The notes below the pieces were generated by a model. The model searched no databases. It saw nothing but the letters and a program-made list of their open reading frames with translations, and was not told where the DNA came from. The translations under genes and the position numbers were made by a program. Of a DNA stretch of 64,000 bases, positions 1 through 11,914 are shown piece after piece. Origin of the DNA: an uncultured Aminicenantes bacterium (GTDB lineage Bacteria; Acidobacteriota; Aminicenantia; UBA2199); contig CBDAFS010000011.1 in NCBI GenBank assembly GCA_965195285.1, forward strand, positions 1 to 64,000, given 5' to 3'. Within the stretch, counting starts at the first letter, position 1; each line of letters starts with the position of its first letter.

Positions 1-142
1 GGAAATGGTCATGCCCGGAGACAGTGCGAATTTGGATATTGAATTGATCACCACCATTGCCATTGAGAAGGGCTTCAAGTTTGCCATCCGGGAAGGCGGA
101 CGCACCATCGGTGCCGGTTCCGTAACCGAGATCATTAAATAA
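1..142 (+). CDS. tuf: Elongation factor Tu, 3' end (5'-truncated by window)
   Basis: Frame from nt 2 reads EMVMPGD...[20 protein letters not shown], the EF-Tu C-terminus; TAA at 140-142. Confidence 0.97.
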   Translation, partial: EMVMPGDSANLDIELITTIAIEKGFKFAIREGGRTIGAGSVTEIIK

Positions 143-152
143 AAAAAACAAA

Positions 153-317
153 ATGGCTAAAAGCGATAAACGAATCAAGGTTCAATTGAAGTGCTCGGTT
201 TGCGACCGTAAGAACTATTCAACCATGAAAAACAAGCAGAATACAACCGAGAAATTAAAATTAAAAAAATATTGTTCCTGGGATAGAAAGCATACCCTTC
301 ATAAGGAGGTAAAATAG
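153..317 (+). CDS. rpmG: 50S ribosomal protein L33 (54 aa, absent from ORF track)
   Basis: Manual translation [54 protein letters not shown]; tuf-rpmG-secE synteny. Confidence 0.96.
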   Translation: MAKSDKRIKVQLKCSVCDRKNYSTMKNKQNTTEKLKLKKYCSWDRKHTLHKEVK

Positions 318-388
318 GTCAGTAGCTCAATTGGTAGAGCACCGGTCTCCAAAACCGGGGGTTGGGGGTTCGAGACCCTCCTGACCTG
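316..388 (+). tRNA. tRNA-Trp (CCA), 3' CCA not encoded
   Basis: Acceptor stem AGGTCAG/CTGACCT, D-arm TAGCTCAATTGGTAGAGC, anticodon arm CCGGT-CTCCAAA-ACCGG, T-loop TTCGAGA. Confidence 0.97.
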
Positions 389-399
389 TTCTGGATAAT

Positions 400-612
400 A
401 TGGGAAAAAAAGGAAATATATTTAAGAGAATCAAGAATTACTTGAATGAGATAAGGGGTGAACTGAAAAAAGTCACCTGGCCGACAAAGAACGACCTCTA
501 TAAAACCACGATTGCGGTTATCGTATCTTCAATTATATTTGGAATTTATCTGCAAGTGGTGGATGTGAGCTTTTCAACCATTATTCTAAAAGTCATTGAT
601 TTTTTCAAGTAA
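400..612 (+). CDS. secE: Preprotein translocase subunit SecE
   Basis: ELKKVTWP motif plus one TM helix; synteny. Confidence 0.96.
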   Translation: MGKKGNIFKRIKNYLNEIRGELKKVTWPTKNDLYKTTIAVIVSSIIFGIYLQVVDVSFSTIILKVIDFFK

Positions 613-618
613 GCCAAG

Positions 619-1149
619 ATGACTGTAAAATGGTATATTATTCATGTTTTTTCAGGCTCAGAGGAGTTTGTGGTAAAAGCACTGGAAGAGAAAATAACAA
701 AATACAAAATGGAAGATCAAGTGGTTGATATTGTGATTCCCAAAGAGAATGTCATTGAAATTCGAGACGGTAAAAAGGTGGTTAGTGAGAAGCGATCATT
801 TCCGGGTTATATACTGGTTAAGATGGAAATGAATGACAAAAATTGGTATTTTGTTCGGAACACCCCCAAGGTTACCGGATTTATCGGTACCGGGAAAAAG
901 CCCAAACCGCTTTCTGAAAATGAAGTTTCTACGATCTTGAAGCATATTGAAACCACCCAGGTGACACCCAAGCCAAAATATCATTTTGAAGTGGGTGAAG
1001 CAGTCAAGATTATTGACGGTCCCTTCATCAATTTTAACGGGATAGTGGATTATGTCCAGGAAGAGAAAAATATGCTGAAGGTAATCGTGACCATTTTCGG
1101 AAGGCCAACCCCGGTTGAATTGGATTTTTTACAAGTTGAAAAAATATAG
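619..1149 (+). CDS. nusG: Transcription termination/antitermination factor NusG
   Basis: WYIIHVFSG, FPGYILV, KOW domain, IFGRPTPVEL. Confidence 0.98.
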   Translation: MTVKWYIIHVFSGSEEFVVKALEEKITKYKMEDQVVDIVIPKENVIEIRDGKKVVSEKRSFPGYILVKMEMNDKNWYFVRNTPKVTGFIGTGKKPKPLSENEVSTILKHIETTQVTPKPKYHFEVGEAVKIIDGPFINFNGIVDYVQEEKNMLKVIVTIFGRPTPVELDFLQVEKI

Positions 1150-1160
1150 GAGATTTTTAG

Positions 1161-1598
1161 ATGGCAAAACAAAGAACCAAACCTGTGGTTAATAGTTTTA
1201 AACTTCAATTGCCTGCCGGTAAAGCCACTCCTGCTCCTCCTGTTGGACCTGCATTGAGTCAGCACGGACTTAATATTATGGAGTTTGTCAATCAGTTCAA
1301 TAAGGCCACTGCGAAAATGGAAGATGGGATGATTATTCCAGCTGAAGTTTTGATTCACCCAGATAAAACTTTTACCATGAGATTGAAAACCCCGCCGGTT
1401 TCATATTTGCTTAAAAAGGCAGCCGGCATCATGAAGGGATCCGACGAACCCAACAAAACCAAGGTTGGAAAGGTGTCATTGAAACAGGTTGAGGAGATTG
1501 CCAAAAGTAAGATGCCGGATTTGAATACCGACAATCTGGAAGCAGCGGTACAAATTGTAAAAGGAGCTGCTAGAAGTATGGGTGTGGAGATTAAATAA
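1161..1598 (+). CDS. rplK: 50S ribosomal protein L11
   Basis: [14 protein letters not shown] motif. Confidence 0.98.
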   Translation: MAKQRTKPVVNSFKLQLPAGKATPAPPVGPALSQHGLNIMEFVNQFNKATAKMEDGMIIPAEVLIHPDKTFTMRLKTPPVSYLLKKAAGIMKGSDEPNKTKVGKVSLKQVEEIAKSKMPDLNTDNLEAAVQIVKGAARSMGVEIK

Positions 1599-2293
1599 TG
1601 GCAAAGAGAAGCAAAACCTACAGAAGTTCCAAGGAAAAAATTGAAAATAAAGACTATGCCCTCGAAGAGGCGGTTGCTATTTTAAAAGAACTCAAGTCTG
1701 CCCGGTTCGATGAATCAATTGATATTTCAATCCGGCTGAATGTGGATCCGAAGTATCCGGAGCAGATGGTGAGAGGTACGGTGGTGTTGCCCCATGGCAC
1801 AGGAAAGCAGATCCGGGTACTGGCGATTGCCAGCGGTGAAAAACAGAAAGAAGCGGAAAACGCCGGTGCTGATTTTGTCGGCGGTGAGGATATGGTGGAA
1901 AGGATTGAAAAGGAAGGCTGGTTTGACTATGATTTGATTGTAACCACTCCCGATATGATGAAGCATGTGGGGAAACTGGGTAAAATCCTCGGTCCCAGGG
2001 GGTTGATGCCCAGCCCCAAAGCGGGTACGGTCACTTTCAATATCCAACAGTGTGTGGATGAAATTAAAAAAGGCCGGGTGGAGTTCAGGGTGGACAAAAC
2101 CGGTATTATCAATTCTAGTCTGGGGAAAATGTCTTTTGATACGCCCAAAATCATTGAGAATGTGTCTGATTTTATCACCTCTGTTTTAAAGGCCAAACCC
2201 ATCTCCCTGAAGGGTAAATATGTACGTTCGGTCTTCATCAGCTCAACCATGAGCCCCTCGATCAAATTAACCATTCAGGAATTTGAAAAGTAA
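1598..2293 (+). CDS. rplA: 50S ribosomal protein L1
   Basis: VRGTVVLPHGTGK, LGPRGLMPSPK motifs. Confidence 0.98.
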   Translation: MAKRSKTYRSSKEKIENKDYALEEAVAILKELKSARFDESIDISIRLNVDPKYPEQMVRGTVVLPHGTGKQIRVLAIASGEKQKEAENAGADFVGGEDMVERIEKEGWFDYDLIVTTPDMMKHVGKLGKILGPRGLMPSPKAGTVTFNIQQCVDEIKKGRVEFRVDKTGIINSSLGKMSFDTPKIIENVSDFITSVLKAKPISLKGKYVRSVFISSTMSPSIKLTIQEFEK

Positions 2294-2305
2294 AAGGAGG
2301 ACGTT

Positions 2306-2839
2306 GTGGCAAGTCGAAAAAATCTGGAAATAAAACAAAAGAAAGTAGATGAATTGGGTGAGATCTTCAACAATAACGGGGTTTACCTGATTGATTATCG
2401 GGGATTGGCTGTAAAGGAAATTGAGGAACTGCGGAATCAAATAAAAAGACTGGATGCAGATCTGAAGGTCATAAAAAACCGTCTGATTATCAAATATTTT
2501 GAAAAGGCTAACAAGGAGATTGACCGGGAATCTCTTACAGGTCCGACCGCTGTGGCCTATGGAGATGAAAAATATGTCGAAATGGCCAAGGTGATCGCCG
2601 ATTTTGAAAAGGAAAATAAAAAAATAAAAATCAAGTCGGGATTCATTGAACACAAATTTGTTAATGATATAGAGATAAGAAATGTGGCAAAACTTCCAGG
2701 CAAACCGCAATTGATGTCCCAATTGGCGTTCTCAATGGCGATGCCCTTGAAGAAGTTTGGAATGTCTTTATCTGCCCCGCTAAAAAGCATGCTGATTTTA
2801 CTGAATCATTTAAAAGATAAAAAACAGAAGGAGGAGTAA
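2306..2839 (+). CDS. rplJ: 50S ribosomal protein L10 (GTG start)
   Basis: [16 protein letters not shown] motifs; AGGAGG RBS; synteny. Confidence 0.96.
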   Translation: MASRKNLEIKQKKVDELGEIFNNNGVYLIDYRGLAVKEIEELRNQIKRLDADLKVIKNRLIIKYFEKANKEIDRESLTGPTAVAYGDEKYVEMAKVIADFEKENKKIKIKSGFIEHKFVNDIEIRNVAKLPGKPQLMSQLAFSMAMPLKKFGMSLSAPLKSMLILLNHLKDKKQKEE

Positions 2840-2843
2840 AACA

Positions 2844-3233
2844 ATGGCCGAAATAACCAAGGAAAAATTCTTTGAACATCTAGATAAGCTGACGATACTG
2901 GAGCTATCAGGGTATATCAAAGAGTTTGAAGATCGTTATGATATTAAAGCTGAAATGGCAGTCATGCCGGTAGCAGGTGTTGCCGCACCTGCAGCAGCAG
3001 AAAGTGCTGAATCAGAGGAAAAGACAGATTTTGAAGTGTTTCTTAAGAATGTGGGACAAAAGAAAATCAATGTCATCAAGGTTGTTAGGGAAGTAACCGA
3101 CCTGGGCCTGAAGGAAGCCAAAGAAGTGGTTGACAAGGCACCCGGTCCGGTAAAAAAGGATGTATCAAAAGAAGAAGCAGAGGAGATCAAGAAGAAGTTC
3201 GAAGAAGTAGGCGCGGAAATAGAGATAAAATAA
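2844..3233 (+). CDS. rplL: 50S ribosomal protein L7/L12
   Basis: Ala-rich hinge, [20 protein letters not shown]. Confidence 0.98.
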   Translation: MAEITKEKFFEHLDKLTILELSGYIKEFEDRYDIKAEMAVMPVAGVAAPAAAESAESEEKTDFEVFLKNVGQKKINVIKVVREVTDLGLKEAKEVVDKAPGPVKKDVSKEEAEEIKKKFEEVGAEIEIK

Positions 3234-3278
3234 ATGATTTTTTTTAAACATGTTTGAAAAAAATCAATAAGGATAAGT

Positions 3279-6200
3279 ATGCAAAAAAATATTTATATTG
3301 ATAGGATTAATTTTTCAAAAATTGAATCTCCGATCGATATTCCGGATTTACTTGAAATTCAGAAGAAATCTTACAAAACCTTTTTGCAAATAGATGAGTT
3401 ACCTGAGAAGCGGAGAGAAATCGGAATCCAGGCGGCTTTTAAAGCCATTTTCCCCATTTCGGATTTTAAGGAAAATGCCATTCTCGATTTTGACAGCTAT
3501 TCTCTGGGCGACTGGTTTTGTAAATGTGGAAATTTGGAAGGTATAGAGAATTCCAAGTCTTTCTGTCAGAAATGCGGTGCTCTGCTGAGTTCAGATGTCA
3601 AAACCGGTCCGAATTCAGTTTGTCCGGAGTGTGTGAGTAAAAATACGGTTACCCATAAAACTTGTGAACTCTGCGGTGACAAGGTACGCCTCAAGATCAA
3701 ATACTCTCCGGAAGAGTGCCTGGATAAGGGTTTTGATTTCTCCATTCCCCTGAAAGTCAAATTGAGATTGGCCCTTTATGCAGAAGACAAAGATGGTAAA
3801 AAAATCATCAAAGATGTTAAAGAACAGGAGATATTTTTTGGTGAAATCCCTTACATCACCGAAAGGGGGACTTTCATTATAAACGGAACCGAGAGGGCGG
3901 TTGTATCCCAGCTGCAGCGCTCACCCGGAGTTTATTTCCTTCCTGGAAAATCCTGGGGTGAGTTTACTGCCAAGATAATTCCGGCCCGCGGTGCCTGGAT
4001 TGAACTGGAAGAAAAGCAAAATCTGTTGCAAGTCCGGCTGGATAAAAAGACCAAACGAATCAATATCACCACATTTTTGAAGGCCATGGGTTTTGATGAT
4101 GATCTGGAAATACTGAAAAAATTCTATTCCATTGTCCCGGTCAGGGTCAAAGATGGCATTTTTTACTTTCAGAATTCAAGGTTTTTAAAGGACAGCATAT
4201 TATCCGCTTCGGTATGTGATGCCAAGGGTAAGAAGATACTCCCCTCTGGCACCAAGTTAATGATCAAGCATGTGAAGGATCTGGATAAAATGGGGATTGA
4301 ATATATACCCGTTGATATTGAATCGCTCGAAGATGTGTATTCTGCCTATGACCACGACACTATTCTAGAACTGAATGAACCGATTTCTCCGGTTCAGATT
4401 AAAAAGTTGAAAAAGCTCAGCACCGAATTTCTGGTGTTCTTCCCGGAAAGCGATGAAGAAGAATACGGACCGATGATTGCCTACACCCTGAGAAAGGACA
4501 AGAAGAGAAAGGATGTTGAATTAACTGAAAAGGTGGTTGTCCAGACCGAGAGTGAGAGTGAGGACAAGGTGTCCAAGAATCAGGGTGATGCTTTTATCGA
4601 AATGTTCAAGAAGTTAAGACCCGGCGAACCCGTTACCTTGGAAGGCTCAAAAAAGTTTTTTGAAAACATGATGAAAGATCCCAAGCGGTACGATCTGTCT
4701 TCGGTTGGCCGGTTGAAACTGAATATAAAACTTAAACTGAAAACCGAATTTAATAAAGACATCAATATATTAACCACTGAAGACTTGATTGAGATCGTCA
4801 GATATTTCCTTCGCCTGAAGTATGACCGAACCGGCAATCTGAAGGTTGACGACATCGATCATCTGGCCAACAGAAGGATTCGGGCAGTAGGCGAATTGGT
4901 GGAGAATGCTTTCAGAATAGGCCTTTCCAGGCTGGAAAAAATAATCAGGGAGAGAATCACCAATGCTGCGGATATTTCCATTATGCTGCCCCGCGAACTT
5001 CTGAATACCAAACCGGTCTTTGCGGCCCTGAAAGAATTTTTTGGGACTTCCCAGTTATCCCAATTCATGGACCAGACCAATGCCCTGGCCGAAACCACCC
5101 ACAAGAGAAGGATTTCCGCTTTGGGACCCGGGGGTCTGAACCGGGAAAGGGCCGGATTTGAAGTCAGGGATGTGCATTCTTCTCACTATGGCCGGGTTTG
5201 TCCCATTGAAACACCGGAAGGTCCGAATATTGGTTTGATTTCATCCTTAACCACCTATGCCCGGGTGAATGATTACGGATTCATTGAAACCCCTTACCGG
5301 AAAGTCGAGGGAAAAAGGGTCATTAATTACTATAAAATATTGCATCCCGGTAAATCAATATTCAGCTATGAAGATTTGGTCCGGGAAGAGGAACTTGAAA
5401 AAGAAGTCAAAAAACTGGAAAAAGCCAAAAAAGAAATACCTCTTTTTGAATATTATCCATTTTATCTGACTGCTTGGGAAGAAGAGGGGTATGTCATTGC
5501 CCAAGCCAATGCCAGACTGGATGAGAAAGGAAACCTGATTTCCAAGCGGGTGAATGCCCGAAAGGGAACTGAAACAGTACTCATCGATACGGCTAAAGTT
5601 GAATACATGGACATCTCTCCCAAACAGATTGTTTCGGTATCCGCATCACTGATTCCCTTTCTCGAGCATGATGATGCAAACCGGGCCCTGATGGGATCCA
5701 ATATGCAACGTCAGGCTGTTCCCTTGGTGAAGCCGGAAGCCCCGATTGTGGGTACCGGTATGGAGCATAAACTGATACTGGATTCCGGTGTGGGTATTGT
5801 TTGCAAGCGTTCGGGTGTGGTCATGAATTCCGATTCCGAGAGAATCATTGTCCGGACTGAAAGTGGAAACAAAAACCGGGATGATTTTACGGAAATCAGT
5901 GCTGATCTTTACGAACTGAAAAAATTCCGTCGCTCAAATCAAAATACCCTGATCAATCAGAAACCACTGGTTAGGACCGGTGATAAGGTCAATAAAGGAC
6001 AGATTCTCTGTGATGGACCGGCATCTGATCGGGGAGAGCTGGCTCTGGGACGCAATATCCTGGCTGCTTTTTTACCCTGGCGCGGATATAATTACGAGGA
6101 TGCCATCATACTCAGCGAAAGGCTGGTAAAGCATTCGGTTTTCAATTCGATTTATATTGTCGAGGAGACCATTGAAGCCAGAGAAACCAAGCTGGGCAAG

Positions 6201-7631
6201 GAAGAGGTGACCCGGGATATTCCGGGTGTCTCTGAAAGCATACTGAAGAATCTGGATGAATACGGCATTGTCCGGGTCGGTGCCAATGTGAAATCAGGAG
6301 AAATTCTGGTGGGAAAAGTGTCGCCAAAAGGCGAGACCCAGCTCTCTCCCGAAGAAAAACTGCTGAGGGCCATTTTCGGTGAACAGGCATCTGAAATAAA
6401 GGATACTTCCCTGTATTGCCCTCCCGGGGTTGAAGGTACGATTATTGATATAAAAATCTTTACCCGGAGGGGATTGCAAAAAGATGAAAAATCACTGGAA
6501 ATCGATGAGAATGAAATTGCCAAGCTGAATCGAAATTTCAATGATGAAAAAGCCATTCTGATCAATGATAAAATTGAAAAAATTTCCAATATTGCCAGAA
6601 GTGTGAAATTAAACAGCAGCTTTTCCTTTAACGGAACCAAATTCAAAAAGGGAGACAAGATCCCTGCCAAAGAATTGAAGTTGCTTAACGATGAATTGTT
6701 AAAGCTCTTCAAGAAAAATATTTCCACTAAGAATAAAGACCTGATACTTGAAATAGAGGCCAAAACCAAATTGCACATTGATGCCCTGAAAAAGGAGCTT
6801 CAGGAGAAGATTGATCAAATGAAAAAGGGTGATGAGTTTTCTCCGGGAATTATCAAAATCATCAAGGTTCTGATCGCGGTAAACCGCCGCATATCGGTTG
6901 GGGATAAAATGGCGGGACGCCATGGAAATAAAGGCGTGGTTTCCAAAATTCTACCCCAAGAGGATATGCCCTTTTTGGAGGATGGGACTCCGATAGATAT
7001 TGTCCTGAATCCACTGGGGGTTCCGTCCCGAATGAATGTCGGACAGATTTATGAGTTAATCCTGGGTTGGGCCGGAAAGAAGCAGGGCATCTATTTCAAA
7101 ACTCCGGTTTTTGACGGTGCCTCTGAAGAAGATGTGAAACGCTATCTCAGAGAGACCGGTTTACCTGAGGATGGTAAAGTGGTCCTGTATGATGGAATTA
7201 CCGGAGAGACTTTTCAGAACAAGGTTACCGTGGGGATCATGTATATGATGAAACTGGAACATATGGCAGATGACAAGATTCATGCCCGTTCAACCGGTCC
7301 CTATTCCCTGATTACCCAGCAGCCTTTAGGCGGAAAAGCCCAGTTCGGCGGCCAGAGAGTAGGAGAAATGGAAGTCTGGGCTTTTGAAGCCTACGGGGCA
7401 GCCTATCTACTTCAGGAGATCCTGACCATCAAGTCCGATAACATCGCGGGAAGAAATGAGATTTATTCTGCCATTGTCAAGGGAACCATGGAATTCAATC
7501 CCGGATTACCGGAATCCTTCAACGTACTGGTAAAGGAATTGAAGAGCCTTTCCTTAAATATCGAATTGATCAAAAAGGAAAAACCAAGTGATGAAGCCAA
7601 AATTAGGGAAAACATTGCCAGTATTCCTTAA
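3279..7631 (+). CDS. rpoB: RNA polymerase beta subunit with N-terminal Cys-rich insert
   Basis: FIINGTERAVVSQL, SQLSQFMDQ, GDKMAGRHGNKG, GEMEVWA motifs. Confidence 0.99.
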   Translation: MQKNIYIDRINFSKIESPIDIPDLLEIQKKSYKTFLQIDELPEKRREIGIQAAFKAIFPISDFKENAILDFDSYSLGDWFCKCGNLEGIENSKSFCQKCGALLSSDVKTGPNSVCPECVSKNTVTHKTCELCGDKVRLKIKYSPEECLDKGFDFSIPLKVKLRLALYAEDKDGKKIIKDVKEQEIFFGEIPYITERGTFIINGTERAVVSQLQRSPGVYFLPGKSWGEFTAKIIPARGAWIELEEKQNLLQVRLDKKTKRINITTFLKAMGFDDDLEILKKFYSIVPVRVKDGIFYFQNSRFLKDSILSASVCDAKGKKILPSGTKLMIKHVKDLDKMGIEYIPVDIESLEDVYSAYDHDTILELNEPISPVQIKKLKKLSTEFLVFFPESDEEEYGPMIAYTLRKDKKRKDVELTEKVVVQTESESEDKVSKNQGDAFIEMFKKLRPGEPVTLEGSKKFFENMMKDPKRYDLSSVGRLKLNIKLKLKTEFNKDINILTTEDLIEIVRYFLRLKYDRTGNLKVDDIDHLANRRIRAVGELVENAFRIGLSRLEKIIRERITNAADISIMLPRELLNTKPVFAALKEFFGTSQLSQFMDQTNALAETTHKRRISALGPGGLNRERAGFEVRDVHSSHYGRVCPIETPEGPNIGLISSLTTYARVNDYGFIETPYRKVEGKRVINYYKILHPGKSIFSYEDLVREEELEKEVKKLEKAKKEIPLFEYYPFYLTAWEEEGYVIAQANARLDEKGNLISKRVNARKGTETVLIDTAKVEYMDISPKQIVSVSASLIPFLEHDDANRALMGSNMQRQAVPLVKPEAPIVGTGMEHKLILDSGVGIVCKRSGVVMNSDSERIIVRTESGNKNRDDFTEISADLYELKKFRRSNQNTLINQKPLVRTGDKVNKGQILCDGPASDRGELALGRNILAAFLPWRGYNYEDAIILSERLVKHSVFNSIYIVEETIEARETKLGKEEVTRDIPGVSESILKNLDEYGIVRVGANVKSGEILVGKVSPKGETQLSPEEKLLRAIFGEQASEIKDTSLYCPPGVEGTIIDIKIFTRRGLQKDEKSLEIDENEIAKLNRNFNDEKAILINDKIEKISNIARSVKLNSSFSFNGTKFKKGDKIPAKELKLLNDELLKLFKKNISTKNKDLILEIEAKTKLHIDALKKELQEKIDQMKKGDEFSPGIIKIIKVLIAVNRRISVGDKMAGRHGNKGVVSKILPQEDMPFLEDGTPIDIVLNPLGVPSRMNVGQIYELILGWAGKKQGIYFKTPVFDGASEEDVKRYLRETGLPEDGKVVLYDGITGETFQNKVTVGIMYMMKLEHMADDKIHARSTGPYSLITQQPLGGKAQFGGQRVGEMEVWAFEAYGAAYLLQEILTIKSDNIAGRNEIYSAIVKGTMEFNPGLPESFNVLVKELKSLSLNIELIKKEKPSDEAKIRENIASIP

Positions 7632-7640
7632 GGAGTTATT

Positions 7641-10600
7641 ATGCATAAAGTCAAAAGAGAAACGAAAGACATAAACATAATGGATTACAGCAAGATAAAG
7701 ATCAGCATAGCTTCTCCTGAGATTATCACCGGCTGGTCTTCGGGTGAAGTCACCAAACCCGAAACCATAAATTACCGAACCTTTAAGCCTGAAAGGGACG
7801 GATTGTTCTGTGCCAAAATTTTCGGTCCCACCCAGGATTATCGGTGTCTGTGCGGAAAGTACAAGGGATTGAAATACAAGGGAATTGTTTGTGAGAAATG
7901 CGGTGTTGAAGTGACATTATCCGCTGTCCGTAGGGAAAGAATGGGCCATATCGAATTGAATTCAAAAGTTGCCCATATTTGGTTTTTCAAGGGAATACCC
8001 TCCCGGATCGGTGTGATTCTTGAAATCACCTCCAAGGAACTTGAACATATTGTTTATTTTGAGAATTATATTGTGGTTGATCCCGGATCGGTTCCCAATC
8101 TCAAATTCAAACAGATCTTACTGGAAGAGGAATATGTCAACCTAATCGAAAAATATGGTGAAGACGCATTTAAATCGGAAATGGGGGCAGAGGCTATTTA
8201 TGAACTTTTAAAAATGATTGACCTGGAAAAAGAGGTCAAGGAGCTGAAATCCCGTCTAAAAGTTGAAAAATCTATTCAGAAAAAGAAAAACATGTCCAGA
8301 AGGTTTAAGCTGATGGAGGATTTTCTGCTCTCAGGGAACCGACCGGAATGGATGATTTTGAATGTGGTTCCTGTACTTCCACCGGATCTTCGTCCACTGG
8401 TCAGACTGGATGGGGGGCGATTTGCCAGTTCGGATTTGAATGATCTTTATCGCCGGGTCATCAACCGTAACAATCGTCTGAAACGGCTGCTGGATTTGAA
8501 AGCCCCTGAACTGATCATCAAAAACGAGAAACGAATGCTTCAGGAAGCCGTGGATGCCCTGTTTGACAATCAGAAACGCAACAAGAGTTATATGAGTTCC
8601 CAGAAGAGACCCTTGAAATCACTTTCCGATGCCCTGAAAGGCAAACAGGGAAGATTCAGACAGAATCTGCTGGGAAAGCGAGTCGATTATTCGGGGCGGT
8701 CGGTTATTGTGGTAAATCCCAAATTGAAACTGGATGAGTGTGGCATTCCGAAGAAAATGGCTATCGAGCTATTCAAACCTTTCATATACAACAAACTGGA
8801 AAAAAAAGGGATGGTCACCACCTTGAGAGTGGCCCGGAACTGGGTGGAAGAAAACAGGGATGAAATCTGGGATGCCCTGGATGAAGTGATCAAAGAACAT
8901 ACGGTTTTGCTTAACCGGGCGCCCACCCTGCATCGTTTGGGGATCCAGGCTTTTCGGCCAATGCTGGTCGAAGGCAATGCCATCAACCTGCATCCGCTGG
9001 TCTGTCCGGCTTTCAATGCAGATTTTGACGGGGACCAGATGGCAGTCCATATTCCGCTATCACTGGAAGCCCAGGCCGAGTCCAAGATCTTGATGCTGTC
9101 CACCAATAATATTCTATCTCCGGCCAATGGCATGCCTCTGGCGGTTCCTACCCAGGATATGATCCTGGGCTTTTATTACCTGACTTTCAGCAAGAGGAAT
9201 TTGAAAGGCGAAAACATGATATTTTGTTCAGAAAAGGATGTGTTGCAGGCCTATGAAAGTAAAATAGTGAATTTGAATGCCAAGGTTCGGGTTAAATACC
9301 ACGGTGAGTTAAAAAATCTGGAGACCTATGTTCTGGATCCGCAGGATATTGTAAATTGTCCGATTACCGAATTCAAAAAAGGCGACAACCATCTGCTGGT
9401 TACCACTCCGGGCCGGGTCATACTGAATCAACTGCTGCCTGAAAACACCCCGTTTATCAATGGTTTATTGAAAAAGAAAGGTATCCAGAATCTGGTTTAT
9501 TATATTTATTTAAATCAGGGATTTGAACCCACCTGTAAGACTCTGGACAGGCTGAAAGAAACCGGATTTGAATATGCCACCAAGGCCGGCTTTACCATTG
9601 GTATTTCAGACCTGGTCGTACCTCCGGAGAAAGAGAGTATCATCAAAAAAACCGAGATAGAGCTGGAAAAAATTGAAAAACTGTATAATGACGGATTTTT
9701 GACTGCCAATGAGAGGCATAACAATATTATTGATAAATGGAGTAAGGCCACCGATCAGATACGGGAAACCATGTTTGCCGGGATGAAAAAGATGAGTTTT
9801 GAAGGTGATACGCTTAATCCACTTTTTGTCATGTCCGATTCCGGTGCCCGGGGCAGCAAGGATCAGTTGAAACAGCTGGCCGGGATGAGGGGATTGATGG
9901 CCAAGCCGTCCGGAGAAATACTGGAAACTCCCATTACCGCCAATTTCAAAGAGGGTTTGTCGGTGCTGCAGTATTTTATTTCCACCCATGGGGCCCGAAA
10001 GGGCCTGGCCGATACGGCTCTAAAGACAGCCGATGCCGGATATTTAACCCGGAAACTGGTGGATGCAGCTATCGAGATTATCGTTAAAGAGGAAGATTGC
10101 GGAACCATCAATGGAATTGAAGTCTCGGCCATTATTGAAAACGGAAAAGAGATCGAACCTCTGATTGAACGGATTATCGGCCGATATCCGGTAGATGACA
10201 TATCCTGTCCGGACAAACCGAAAAAGATTCTTGTCAAAGCCGAAGAAGAAATCGATGAGTACAAGGGCAAGGAAATCATTGACAGCGGTATTTTAAAGGT
10301 TAGAATCCGCTCGGCACTCACATGCGAAACCAGGTCCGGTATATGCAAGAAGTGCTATGGCAGAAACCTGAGCACCGGCAAATTGATCGAACTGGGAGAG
10401 GCAGTCGGTATTATTGCCGCTCAATCCATCGGTGAGCCGGGCACCCAGTTGACCATGAGAACCTTTCATATCGGTGGTGTGGCCTCCGGAACCGAAGGCC
10501 AGACCAAATTGAATTCCGGGTACGAGGGTATGGTTCATTATAAGGATCTGGAAATTATCAAGGATAGGAATAATGAATTCATTGCCATGAACCGGGTCGG

Positions 10601-11789
10601 TTCGATTCAAATCCTGGATTCAAAAAAGAGGGAAAAAGCCATTTATCCGGTTGCCTATGGATCCAAGGTTTTAGTCTCTGAAGGCCAATTGGTTAAAAAG
10701 GGTGATCTGTTGTTGGAATGGGATACCTTTGCCAATTCAATTCTGGCCAATGATCAGGGAATTGTTAATCTCAAGGATCTGGAAGAAAACATTTCTTATG
10801 TGGAAGACCGTGATGAGGCGACCGGTAAAATTACCAAAACCGTTATTGACATCAAAAATGAAAAACTGAGAGACGAATTGCAACCCCATATTGTGATCCG
10901 GGATAAGAAAACCAATAAAATCAAGCGCAAACACCTGTTACCGGTTGGAGCTCATCTTTCGGTAAAGAATGGAGTTGAGATCAAGGCGGGTGATGTGCTG
11001 GCCAAGATTCCCTCTGAATTTGCCAAAACCAAGGATATTACCGGCGGTCTCCCCAGGGTCACCGAATTGTTTGAAGCCCGGAAACCGAAAAATCCGGCCA
11101 AAATGGCCCAGATTGACGGTGTGGTGGAATTTGGAAAACTTCAGAAGGGATCTCAAAAAATTATCATCAGGCCTTTTGATAAAAATGTGAAACCGGATGA
11201 ACACAATATTCCCAGGGGAGCCTATATCATCGTGGGCGATGGCGATAAAATCAATGCCGGCACTGCATTGATGGATGGCCCTCTGAATCTGGTTGATATT
11301 CTGACTGTGCTGGGAGAACACAAGCTGGCTGAATATCTAGTGAAGGAAATTCAGGATGTGTACCGCCTTCAGGGTGTGAGCATCAATGATAAGCATATAG
11401 AGATTATTATACGGCAGATGATCAAGTGGCGGAGGATTGAGGATGTGGGTGATACCAAATTCATCCCCGGACAGATCATTGAGAAATGGAAATTCGAAGA
11501 TGAAAATACCGCGACTGAAGCCGGAGGTGGAAAACCGGCCAAAGCCGAAACCGCACTTCTACCGATTTCCAGAGCCGCCCTGGCCTATGACAGCTTTATC
11601 TCGGCGGCCGCCTTCCAGGAAACCACCCGGGTCCTGACCGAGGCTGCCATAGCCGGTAAGGAAGACCATCTTCTGGGTATTAAAGAAAATGTAACCATGG
11701 GGCGTCTCATTCCGGCAGGGACCGGTTATTCTTATTACCATAAGTTCGAAATGGATGAATTGGAAGATGTGTTTAAGACTGCCAAATAA
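7641..11789 (+). CDS. rpoC: RNA polymerase beta' subunit
   Basis: NADFDGD catalytic motif, Zn-binding Cys motifs, TQLTMRTFH trigger loop with insert. Confidence 0.99.
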   Translation: MHKVKRETKDINIMDYSKIKISIASPEIITGWSSGEVTKPETINYRTFKPERDGLFCAKIFGPTQDYRCLCGKYKGLKYKGIVCEKCGVEVTLSAVRRERMGHIELNSKVAHIWFFKGIPSRIGVILEITSKELEHIVYFENYIVVDPGSVPNLKFKQILLEEEYVNLIEKYGEDAFKSEMGAEAIYELLKMIDLEKEVKELKSRLKVEKSIQKKKNMSRRFKLMEDFLLSGNRPEWMILNVVPVLPPDLRPLVRLDGGRFASSDLNDLYRRVINRNNRLKRLLDLKAPELIIKNEKRMLQEAVDALFDNQKRNKSYMSSQKRPLKSLSDALKGKQGRFRQNLLGKRVDYSGRSVIVVNPKLKLDECGIPKKMAIELFKPFIYNKLEKKGMVTTLRVARNWVEENRDEIWDALDEVIKEHTVLLNRAPTLHRLGIQAFRPMLVEGNAINLHPLVCPAFNADFDGDQMAVHIPLSLEAQAESKILMLSTNNILSPANGMPLAVPTQDMILGFYYLTFSKRNLKGENMIFCSEKDVLQAYESKIVNLNAKVRVKYHGELKNLETYVLDPQDIVNCPITEFKKGDNHLLVTTPGRVILNQLLPENTPFINGLLKKKGIQNLVYYIYLNQGFEPTCKTLDRLKETGFEYATKAGFTIGISDLVVPPEKESIIKKTEIELEKIEKLYNDGFLTANERHNNIIDKWSKATDQIRETMFAGMKKMSFEGDTLNPLFVMSDSGARGSKDQLKQLAGMRGLMAKPSGEILETPITANFKEGLSVLQYFISTHGARKGLADTALKTADAGYLTRKLVDAAIEIIVKEEDCGTINGIEVSAIIENGKEIEPLIERIIGRYPVDDISCPDKPKKILVKAEEEIDEYKGKEIIDSGILKVRIRSALTCETRSGICKKCYGRNLSTGKLIELGEAVGIIAAQSIGEPGTQLTMRTFHIGGVASGTEGQTKLNSGYEGMVHYKDLEIIKDRNNEFIAMNRVGSIQILDSKKREKAIYPVAYGSKVLVSEGQLVKKGDLLLEWDTFANSILANDQGIVNLKDLEENISYVEDRDEATGKITKTVIDIKNEKLRDELQPHIVIRDKKTNKIKRKHLLPVGAHLSVKNGVEIKAGDVLAKIPSEFAKTKDITGGLPRVTELFEARKPKNPAKMAQIDGVVEFGKLQKGSQKIIIRPFDKNVKPDEHNIPRGAYIIVGDGDKINAGTALMDGPLNLVDILTVLGEHKLAEYLVKEIQDVYRLQGVSINDKHIEIIIRQMIKWRRIEDVGDTKFIPGQIIEKWKFEDENTATEAGGGKPAKAETALLPISRAALAYDSFISAAAFQETTRVLTEAAIAGKEDHLLGIKENVTMGRLIPAGTGYSYYHKFEMDELEDVFKTAK

Positions 11790-11824
11790 CCGGATTTGAC
11801 AGATAAATAGCCCAAAACCTTTTT

Positions 11825-11850
11825 TATGTCCCTCTATCGGGACATATTTT
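11825..11850 (+). terminator. Putative intrinsic terminator after rpoC
   Basis: TATGTCCC-tctatc-GGGACATA followed by TTTT. Confidence 0.55.
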
Positions 11851-11914
11851 ACCCCCTCATTCTGGAAACACACTTGCATATTACCTTTCAGGAACAAAAT
11901 CAAGGAGCCATACC

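Noticed and set aside
316-388. Alternative genetic code (TGA read as Trp)
   Set aside because: The anticodon is CCA and TGA ends conserved genes such as nadC and gmd at the expected positions.
5040-5125. Possible intrinsic rifamycin resistance in RpoB (NALAETTH)
   Set aside because: The key residues equivalent to Q513, D516, H526, R529 and S531 are retained, and S522A occurs in sensitive taxa.
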